Virus record (IMG/VR): IMGVR_UViG_3300037808_001901
DNA: 13,568 nucleotides
Origin: a virus
Direction: 5' to 3' (one strand)
Shown: positions 7,760-12,569 of the stretch, piece after piece
Layout of the letters: each line of letters opens with the position of its first letter
How positions within the stretch are numbered: position 1 is the stretch's first letter
Made by a program: the position numbers and the translations under genes
The notes under the pieces: generated by a model
Database searches by the model: none
What the model was told of the DNA's origin: nothing
The model's input: the letters and a program-made list of their open reading frames with translations, nothing else

Positions 7760-7863
7760 TGCCCCTAGCAGGACTCGAACCTGCACGCCTTTCGGCACTA
7801 GTTCCTATCGTAGGGTTGTTTAACCCTTAAAACTAGCGTGTCTGCCAATTCCACCATAGGGGC
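7760..7863 (-). tRNA. tRNA-Leu(TAA), type II, with a 22-nt insertion (intron-like) in the anticodon loop
   Basis: Minus strand: GCCCCTA-TG-GTG-GAATTGGCAGA-CAC-G-CTAGT-[TTTAAG|GGTTAAACAACCCTACGATAGG|A]-ACTAG-TGCCGAAAGGCGT-GCAGG-TTCGAGT-CCTGC-TAGGGGC-A. Perfect 7-bp acceptor, long variable arm, discriminator A, canonical D and T arms. 29 nt lie between the anticodon-stem halves, against the normal 7. Confidence 0.6.
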
Positions 7864-7986
7864 ATAATCTGCTTTATGCGTTGCTCCAACACGCCAATTT
7901 TAAATGAGTGGCCACCCAAATTAAATCGACTATAGTCCGAACATTCACATATCGCTGCTATTGTCCAAGGATGCAATGGATGTGAA

Positions 7987-7995
7987 ATTATACCA
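7987..7995 (-). promoter_or_regulatory. candidate extended -10 element (TGGTATAAT on minus strand) upstream of the solo tRNA-Leu
   Basis: Revcomp of 7987-7995 is TGGTATAAT. No good -35 hexamer was found. It lies about 120 nt upstream of the tRNA 5' end. Confidence 0.3.
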
Positions 7996-8030
7996 ATGTC
8001 CCTCGGTTTTAGAGCAACGCATGAAGCAGA

Positions 8031-8417
8031 TTATTCGTCTAAGGACTCTACTTCCGTGACAAAGTATGTAGTAGCCCCCTTCCAACTTTGAGAACTACGT
8101 TGTTCACGATAGTGTATCTTGACTCGTTTGCCAGAATCCATAGCATCTTCAACTTGCTCAACAACGCTTTCGCCATCTTCGGGCGGATAAACGCTGAACT
8201 CCCATTTTTCACGTTGGCCACCTTGATCGATGGCACCCATAGCAAGTTCGCCTTCCCATGTTTTTACCCAACTCCCTTTGTGAGAGAATTTGACAACAAC
8301 ACCGACTCGGCTACCTTCTGAGTAGGTCCAACCAGCAGACGAAAACCACAAATACACTCCGCCACCTAAGACCCCCACAACCGCAAGAATCATGGCAACT
8401 TTTTTGGCTTTATCCAT
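8031..8417 (-). CDS. membrane-anchored hypothetical protein (128 aa)
   Basis: N-terminal hydrophobic helix (VAMILAVVGVLGGGVYLWF). ATG start. Its ATG shares one nucleotide with the TGA stop of the upstream ORF (TGATG). Confidence 0.55.
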   Translation of the reverse strand: MDKAKKVAMILAVVGVLGGGVYLWFSSAGWTYSEGSRVGVVVKFSHKGSWVKTWEGELAMGAIDQGGQREKWEFSVYPPEDGESVVEQVEDAMDSGKRVKIHYREQRSSQSWKGATTYFVTEVESLDE

Positions 8418-8608
8418 CAGTCAGTCCTTCCATTTAATAAGCGTCCAAGAGACACTCGTTTCCCGGCTTGATTAGTGCTTTCGGGGTATTTTTCTTTTGC
8501 ACAGTCATTATCGCAAAAGAATTTATCCTCTAAAAAGCATCCTGTCCATTCCCAATTGAAGGTACGCCCACAATTGCAACACACCTTCTCAATTATATCC
8601 TCAGCCAT
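8417..8608 (-). CDS. small Cys-rich (zinc-ribbon-like) protein, 63 aa
   Basis: CCNCGRTF..C..C...C pattern. ATG start, about 55 nt downstream of conserved promoter copy 2. Confidence 0.5.
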   Translation of the reverse strand: MAEDIIEKVCCNCGRTFNWEWTGCFLEDKFFCDNDCAKEKYPESTNQAGKRVSLGRLLNGRTD

Positions 8609-8664
8609 TTCGCTTCACTCCATTTAGTGGAGCGAAAGCCCCGGAATCAAATTGTAGGTGCATT

Positions 8665-8695
8665 CCATTGTACGAAAATTTTGGGCAATGTAAAG
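8665..8695 (-). promoter_or_regulatory. conserved sigma70-like promoter motif, copy 2 (minus strand)
   Basis: Minus-strand TTTACA(8694-8689)-16 nt-TACAAT(8672-8667). It shares the CCATTGTACGAAAATTTT..GC.A.GTAAA core with copies 1 and 3. It lies immediately downstream of the terminator at 8697-8736. Confidence 0.55.
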
Positions 8696-8696
8696 C

Positions 8697-8736
8697 AAAA
8701 AAGGAGGGCGAAACAGGTCATTATCCCGTTTCGCCC
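8697..8736 (-). terminator. rho-independent terminator (minus strand)
   Basis: 9-bp stem GGGCGAAAC (8706-8714) / GTTTCGCCC (8728-8736) with a 13-nt loop. On the minus strand it is followed by CTCC and T6 (plus-strand A-run 8697-8702). Confidence 0.6.
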
Positions 8737-8860
8737 AAAAGCGGCAGTTTCTAATTATATTTCAGGACGGTGTATCAGGGGTTTAGCCTCCTGCCGCTTA
8801 CTCGTTACTCGACTTTTATACGAGTGAGTTTAATTTATCGGCCAAACTACCAATACGTGA

Positions 8861-8982
8861 CCCTAGCGATGTTTTTACGGAAAAGATATCGCCAAACCCG
8901 AAGGCATTATAAAATCCTTCATAGCGATGTTTATGTGGGAAATTTAATCGCCAATAAAACCGAAGGCATAACCTTCACTCTA
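8861..8982. repeat. two imperfect ~60-bp tandem units, each containing nested inverted repeats
   Basis: Unit 1 (8861-8920) and unit 2 (8921-8982) each contain tAGCGATGTTT..ATCGCCAA(A/T)..CCGAAGGCAT..CCTTCA. GCGAT/ATCGC and GAAGG/CCTTC inverted repeats give two hairpins per unit. The region is non-coding, in the 3' region of the amidase-like gene and before the 8697-8736 terminator. Confidence 0.5.
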
Positions 8983-8999
8983 TAGTAGTGTTGCTAGTG

Positions 9000-9653
9000 T
9001 CAATCTTCCCACCAAGGACAAAGAACTCTGCTTTTTTTACAAGCATATTGAGAAGTTCTTTGTACCCACACCCAACAAGTGTTGTCATCGCAGTCATTGG
9101 TTAACATCACAGTTTTTCCCTCACTTTTTACAAAGTGAGAAAGTCTTTCTTTGGGATGATAATGGCGATTTAACTTATACATGATGCCCGCAGGGAATTG
9201 TTTACAGGGGTTGCCTCTTAAAGCAATCCCTCCACGCAGCAATGTTCTTGTTGTAAGTTCTCCGCAATGGATTCCTTTGCCAATCTTTCCTCGAAGATAA
9301 CTCCAAATGCTATACTCTCTATCTACTTGGTTTTCCAAGTAAGTACGCATTTTAAGTGCTTCGGCTCTGTTGTACAGAATCTTTGGCTTCATCAGCCATA
9401 TCTTCATTTGACGATTATGTTTTCTGTTGTGATTCTCTATTTCTTTAACATAATCAGAAAGGAGCAGTTTCCTGACCCTTGGAGGCTCAGCCTCATATAC
9501 CCACAGTTCCTCTCCAATATTAAAAAGCATCGCAACATGGGTATAAGGACTATCGGTTTCGTTTTCGACTATCCTATTGCCACCCTCGATAAATAACATT
9601 GTACCATCGGGACAGCTTGCTAATAATGTTGTTGCTAATATAATTGAATACAT
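9000..9653 (-). CDS. predicted lipoprotein, permuted papain-fold amidase/peptidase (YaeF/YiiX-like, C92 family)
   Basis: N-terminus MYSIILATTLLASC carries the lipobox L-A-S-C. YTHVAMLFNIGEE resembles the conserved SHVAIFLGE His segment and IHCGELTTRTL the C[SG]E Cys segment. The His-before-Cys order is typical of permuted NlpC/P60-like YaeF/YiiX lipoproteins. Confidence 0.55.
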   Translation of the reverse strand: MYSIILATTLLASCPDGTMLFIEGGNRIVENETDSPYTHVAMLFNIGEELWVYEAEPPRVRKLLLSDYVKEIENHNRKHNRQMKIWLMKPKILYNRAEALKMRTYLENQVDREYSIWSYLRGKIGKGIHCGELTTRTLLRGGIALRGNPCKQFPAGIMYKLNRHYHPKERLSHFVKSEGKTVMLTNDCDDNTCWVWVQRTSQYACKKSRVLCPWWED

Positions 9654-9777
9654 ATGATAGTTATAACATAGGGATTAACTTTTATTTATCATTTCTGCTG
9701 CCACCATATTGGGAGGAGTAGTGATGGAATATGTCCGCTGGCTGATAAAGCGGGATGGATTGTTTCAGCATCTTCTT

Positions 9778-10095
9778 CTAGGTCTGCCCACCTCGATACT
9801 TCGTTTCAAGCTGTTCCCATTCAAGCTCCAAACCGACAACTGGAGAAAGAGAACGAGCTTGACCAGCATAATAGTGATCTCGGTCACGCTGTCTTTGTTC
9901 TGCTACAGCTTTGCCATTTCTATAAAGCTGATTAAGCCTGCCTGTGCTTTTTGTCAAAAATGTCCAACAGGGTTCACAAATCCAGCCATCATCATCTGGT
10001 TCGACGCAAATGATTCGGCCTTGATGTTCATCTGAACGGCATCCACAATTTGGGACAAGACACGTTTGAACTCGAACTCGGATTAGATCATCCAC
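9778..10095 (-). CDS. Cys-rich hypothetical protein (105 aa), GTG start
   Basis: C-x4-C-x-C..C-x9-C-x2-C pattern. The only available start is GTG at 10095, 18 nt after the tRNA-like gene at 10114-10219. A competing plus-strand ORF (ATG 9724, strong GGGAGGAG SD) overlaps it antisense. Confidence 0.4.
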   Translation of the reverse strand: MDDLIRVRVQTCLVPNCGCRSDEHQGRIICVEPDDDGWICEPCWTFLTKSTGRLNQLYRNGKAVAEQRQRDRDHYYAGQARSLSPVVGLELEWEQLETKYRGGQT

Positions 10096-10113
10096 ATGAG
10101 TAGCCTTTTAAGG

Positions 10114-10219
10114 TGTCCAAGGTGGGACTCGAACCCACAAGCCCATTACGGGCGGCAGATTTTAAACGGTGGGTTGACTAACCCATGTCTGCTGTGTTTG
10201 CCAATTTCACCACAAGGAC
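10114..10219 (-). tRNA. type II tRNA-Leu-like gene with a 21-nt anticodon-arm insertion and two T-T mismatches in the acceptor stem (possibly a pseudogene)
   Basis: Minus strand: GTCCTTG-TG-GTG-AAATTGGCAAA-CAC-A-GCAGA-[28 nt: CATGGGTTAGTCAACCCACCGTTTAAAA]-TCTGC-CGCCCGTAATGGGCTT-GTGGG-TTCGAGT-CCCAC-CTTGGAC-A. Removing ATGGGTTAGTCAACCCACCGT leaves the loop CTTAAAA (anticodon TAA). The D-arm is near-identical to the tRNA at 7760-7863. Conserved promoter copy 3 lies 30 nt upstream. Confidence 0.4.
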
Positions 10220-10250
10220 AAGATGTACCTTTCAATTTCGGTGTCCAGCA

Positions 10251-10280
10251 CCATTGTACGAAAAAAAATTGCGATGTAAA
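10251..10280 (-). promoter_or_regulatory. conserved sigma70-like promoter motif, copy 3 (minus strand), upstream of the tRNA-like gene
   Basis: Minus-strand TTTACA(10280-10275)-16 nt-TACAAT(10258-10253). It abuts the TAG stop of the XRE-like gene (10282-10284). Confidence 0.55.
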
Positions 10281-10281
10281 C

Positions 10282-10533
10282 CTAAGAGCAACCACGTTCT
10301 TCATCTTGGTGACAATCGTGACCAAAGATTACTTCTTGGGTTTTTCTCCCAAAAACTTTGGCGACACACTGCATTTGACCCTTTGTAGGACTCCATTGCC
10401 GACCAACAATTCTTGAGGTTATTCCTTTGGGAAGATTACATTGCTCACAAAGAGCATCGCAACTCATATCGTTTTCTTTTAAGAGTTCATCAACCCAAAG
10501 AGGTTTTCTGAGAGTGACGTTTATAACAGCCAT
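10282..10533 (-). CDS. XRE-family helix-turn-helix transcriptional regulator (83 aa)
   Basis: CDALCEQCNLPKGITSRIVGRQWSPTKGQMQCVAKVFGRKTQEVIF matches the HTH_3 pattern (..LA...G.S...ISRIE.G...P......K.A..FG....E.F). Confidence 0.55.
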   Translation of the reverse strand: MAVINVTLRKPLWVDELLKENDMSCDALCEQCNLPKGITSRIVGRQWSPTKGQMQCVAKVFGRKTQEVIFGHDCHQDEERGCS

Positions 10534-10549
10534 TGCCCATTTTCTCCAA

Positions 10550-10576
10550 TAAAAAAGTTACCATATCTAGGTAACC
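10550..10576 (-). terminator. possible terminator-like hairpin overlapping the S4 gene stop
   Basis: GTTACC (10557-10562) / GGTAAC (10571-10576), a 6-bp stem with a 7-nt loop. On the minus strand it is followed by T6 (plus-strand A-run 10550-10555). The stem is short and AT-rich, so this is weak. Confidence 0.3.
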
Positions 10577-10761
10577 GTGGCTGATTTTTTGGCTTTAATG
10601 CCCACTTCAATAAGGTCGCCTTTTCCGACCATTTTGTCAATATCAAGAATCTTTGTCCCATCAACTCGAACACCGCCCTGACAAATTAGACGACGAGCTT
10701 CAGAACAAGAGACAACAAGCTTTAAATTAGCCATTTCCCGCACTAGGTTTTTGTCTTCCAT
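10567..10761 (-). CDS. S4-domain RNA-binding protein (64 aa)
   Basis: SEARRLICQGGVRVDGTKILDIDKMVGKGDLIEV follows the S4 motif (ARRLI.QG.V.VNG......D..V..GD.I). SD AGGAG precedes the ATG. It overlaps the upstream gene by 19 nt. Confidence 0.6.
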   Translation of the reverse strand: MEDKNLVREMANLKLVVSCSEARRLICQGGVRVDGTKILDIDKMVGKGDLIEVGIKAKKSATVT

Positions 10762-11261
10762 ATCTTCTCCTCTACATCAAATGTTCTTGCCAATACAAAC
10801 AAGTAATCGCTTAAACGATTAAGATAAGGAACAACAAGAGCAAATCTTCTGATGGAATCCGGTGTTGAATCTTTTCTCTCTGCTTCCCAAGCAGAAACCA
10901 CTCTTTCTGCTCTTCGACAAACAGTTCTTGCCACATGAATCTCAGGAGTGGATTTTGGAATAATGAAATTCTTTAATTCTGGCAAATCACTTTCCATAAG
11001 ATCAATAAGCGATTCAAGCTGGGTAATATCGTCTTCTGTTATTCTTGTGTTCCCTATCGCAAGTTGTGCCCCTATTTCCATCAGGTCTCTTTGAATTTTC
11101 TCTAAGACAGGCACATCCATTATTTTATCTCGGATCATTCCAATCCAAGCATTAAGTTCATCAATTTCACCTTGTCCATCGACAGAACAATCATGTTTTG
11201 GAACACGCATCCCACTGCTTAATGTGGTCCCGTTATCGCCGGTTTTTGTGTAAATTTTCAT
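10743..11261 (-). CDS. ATP:cob(I)alamin adenosyltransferase, PduO/MMAB-type
   Basis: N-terminus MKIYTKTGDNGTT is the signature start of PduO-type corrinoid adenosyltransferases (MKIYTRTGDKGxT). GEIDELNAWIG matches the following conserved helix. 172 aa. ATGA overlap with the S24-like gene. Confidence 0.75.
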   Translation of the reverse strand: MKIYTKTGDNGTTLSSGMRVPKHDCSVDGQGEIDELNAWIGMIRDKIMDVPVLEKIQRDLMEIGAQLAIGNTRITEDDITQLESLIDLMESDLPELKNFIIPKSTPEIHVARTVCRRAERVVSAWEAERKDSTPDSIRRFALVVPYLNRLSDYLFVLARTFDVEEKIWKTKT

Positions 11262-11575
11262 TTTGATGTTATCTTTTTGACTACGCCAAATACTTGGTTT
11301 TGGCTAATTGTACCATTGGTGTGATTTTTGTTGTTGCCGATTTGAAAGCGGTAACCACCCATTTTCTGGGTCACAGCTTGGACAAGGTGAACATAGTGAT
11401 TACCATTCACCTTACAAAAAACAACAGAACCTTTTTTGATCTTAGAATAGTCCTTGATGGGAACTACTTTTATTTCATCGCCAGAACAAATCAGTGGCTG
11501 CATTGAGTTGCCTTTCGGCCTAAAACTCACTGAGTTGCCTTTCTTCAATTCTTCTTTATGCCCATCCCAATTCAT
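11258..11575 (-). CDS. S24/S26-like serine peptidase domain protein (LexA/UmuD C-terminal-domain-like), 105 aa
   Basis: PKGNSMQPLICSGDEIKVV matches G-[DN]-S-M-x-P-x(4)-GD-x-[ILV]-x-V around the nucleophile Ser. A later KIKKGSVVFCKV supplies a candidate general-base Lys. SD GGAG lies 7 nt upstream. Confidence 0.55.
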   Translation of the reverse strand: MNWDGHKEELKKGNSVSFRPKGNSMQPLICSGDEIKVVPIKDYSKIKKGSVVFCKVNGNHYVHLVQAVTQKMGGYRFQIGNNKNHTNGTISQNQVFGVVKKITSK

Positions 11576-11604
11576 TTGATTCTCCTATTAAGGATAAGTA
11601 TTGT

Positions 11605-11754
11605 ATGACATTTAAAGAAAAAGTAGTAGATTGGATGGTTCGATCAAAGAAATACTTCGTCAGCCTTGGCTGGTGGGGATCAATTTTTCTAGTCCTTTGG
11701 TGGATCATCAAAATTATTCTCTGTATCTTCTTTGGAGTATGCATTATCGTTTAG
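11605..11754 (+). CDS. possible small single-TM protein (49 aa), plus strand
   Basis: AAGGA lies 10 nt upstream of the ATG. MTFKEKVVDWMVRSKKYFVSLGWWGSIFLVLWWIIKIILCIFFGVCIIV has basic residues followed by one hydrophobic helix. It overlaps the 3' end of the minus-strand ORF 11689-11934 by 66 nt, so only one of the two may be real. Confidence 0.3.
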   Translation: MTFKEKVVDWMVRSKKYFVSLGWWGSIFLVLWWIIKIILCIFFGVCIIV

Positions 11755-11934
11755 CTTGGCGTATGTCTCCGTAATAGGATCGTAAACAAATGGTGGCGGA
11801 TTAACGCTCTTCCATTTCACTCCATCCCAAACGATCCAGCCAGTTCCAGCAAAAAATGGCCATTGTGAATACTTTTTGTTGTGAGCATTCGAGTACCACA
11901 ACCACTGCATCATTCTGTAAATGTAATTCTTCAT
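11689..11934 (-). CDS. hypothetical Trp-rich protein (81 aa)
   Basis: ATG ORF beginning 36 nt after the last tRNA of the array. No SD and no recognisable motif. Confidence 0.4.
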   Translation of the reverse strand: MKNYIYRMMQWLWYSNAHNKKYSQWPFFAGTGWIVWDGVKWKSVNPPPFVYDPITETYAKLNDNAYSKEDTENNFDDPPKD

Positions 11935-11970
11935 AAGATCAATATAACATAAATAATCTTATAAGAAAAG

Positions 11971-12059
11971 CGGTGAGGACAGGATTTGAACCTGCGGAGG
12001 GTATTTCACCTCTTCGGTTTTCGAAACCGACGCCTTAAACCAAGCTCAGCCACCTCACC
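11971..12059 (-). tRNA. tRNA-Ser(CGA), type II
   Basis: GGTGAGG-TG-GCT-GAGCTTGGTTTAA-GGC-G-TCGGT-TTCGAAA-ACCGA-long variable arm AGAGGTGAAATACCCTCC-GCAGG-TTCAAAT-CCTGT-CCTCACC-G. Canonical cloverleaf, discriminator G. Confidence 0.8.
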
Positions 12060-12065
12060 GTAAAG

Positions 12066-12145
12066 CGGAAAAGACGGGAATCGAACCCGCATGACCCTTT
12101 CGGGCCAACTTGTTTAGCAAACAAGCCCGGCGACACCACACTTCC
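12066..12145 (-). tRNA. tRNA-Ser(GCT)-like gene with truncated or aberrant D-arm (possible pseudogene)
   Basis: Anticodon arm CTTGT-TTGCTAA-ACAAG, long variable arm GGCCC-GAAA-GGGTC and T arm GCGGG-TTCGATT-CCCGT are intact. Only 13 nt lie between the acceptor and the anticodon stem (about 19 expected). The acceptor stem has one T-T mismatch. Confidence 0.4.
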
Positions 12146-12165
12146 GGCTCTCTTCCAGTGTCAAG

Positions 12166-12249
12166 CGGAGGACACGGGATTTGAACCCGCAAGCCATATT
12201 TCAGACCAACTGCTTTCCAAGCAGTCCGCTAACCGTTCGCTTATCCTCC
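12166..12249 (-). tRNA. tRNA-Ser(GGA)-like gene with non-pairing D-stem (possible pseudogene)
   Basis: Acceptor GGAGGAT/GTCCTCC, anticodon arm ACTGC-TTGGAAA-GCAGT and T arm GCGGG-TTCAAAT-CCCGT are present. The D region AAGCGAACGGTTAGCGG contains a direct repeat (AGCG..AGCG) rather than complementary halves. The variable arm is poorly paired. Confidence 0.4.
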
Positions 12250-12319
12250 ATTATGATGGCTGCAACTCAGGGACTTTTAGCCCGCAGCAGGGTAGTCTTA
12301 TTCCTGAGCAATCATCAAG

Positions 12320-12400
12320 TACCCGTGGCGAGAGTCGAACTCGCAAGCCTTGCGGCACCAGATTCTAAGTCTGGCGTGTTTACCGTTTCACCACACGGGC
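12320..12400 (-). tRNA. tRNA-Leu(TAG), type II
   Basis: GCCCGTG-TG-GTG-AAACGGTAAA-CAC-G-CCAGA-CTTAGAA-TCTGG-TGCCGCAAGGCTT-GCGAG-TTCGACT-CTCGC-CACGGGT-A. Canonical cloverleaf, G1-T72 wobble, discriminator A. Confidence 0.8.
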
Positions 12401-12404
12401 ATAG

Positions 12405-12478
12405 TAGCACTGGTCGGAGTCGAACCGACAAACACTTAGTTTTAAGCTAAGCCGCTTTGCCAATTAGCGTACAGTGCC
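12405..12478 (-). tRNA. type I (short variable arm) tRNA with anticodon TAA (Leu by anticodon)
   Basis: GGCACTG-TA-CGC-TAATTGGCAAA-GCG-G-CTTAG-CTTAAAA-CTAAG-TGTTT-GTCGG-TTCGACT-CCGAC-CAGTGCT-A. Canonical 74-nt cloverleaf, discriminator A. 5-nt variable loop, which is unusual for a Leu decoder. Confidence 0.6.
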
Positions 12479-12484
12479 AAAAAG

Positions 12485-12564
12485 TAGCCTTGGTGGGAGT
12501 CGAACCCACAAAATCACCAGATTCTAAATCTAGCCGCTTTGCCATTAGGTTTGCGTACAAGGCC
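12485..12564 (-). tRNA. type I tRNA with anticodon TAG (Leu by anticodon), long D-loop
   Basis: GGCCTTG-TA-CGC-AAACCTAATGGCAAA-GCG-G-CTAGA-TTTAGAA-TCTGG-TGATTTT-GTGGG-TTCGACT-CCCAC-CAAGGCT-A. 15-nt D-loop and 7-nt variable loop. Discriminator A. Confidence 0.5.
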
Positions 12565-12569
12565 ATAAG

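Noticed and set aside
7760-7863. Group I self-splicing intron as the explanation for the tRNA-Leu(TAA) insertion
   Set aside because: Bacterial tRNA-Leu(UAA) group I introns are more than 200 nt and sit between anticodon positions 34 and 35. The insert here is 22 nt, at or near positions 37/38.
9724-10035. Plus-strand ORF with a strong GGGAGGAG SD antisense to the Cys-rich gene
   Set aside because: It is low-complexity and hydrophobic, with the opposite orientation to all neighbours. The minus-strand Cys pattern looks like a real Zn-binding fold. It is kept only as an alternative in the evidence of feature 9778-10095, and comparative data could reverse this choice.
11504-11543. 13-nt direct repeat TGAGTTGCCTTTC x2 (27-nt period) inside the S24-like gene
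   Set aside because: It lies within a coding region and simply encodes the duplicated peptide KGNS(V/M). It is an in-frame micro-duplication, not a regulatory repeat.
11556-11744. Minus-strand 62-aa ORF
   Set aside because: It overlaps the start region and SD of the S24-like gene. It is the mirror of the plus-strand small TM ORF and has no start context.
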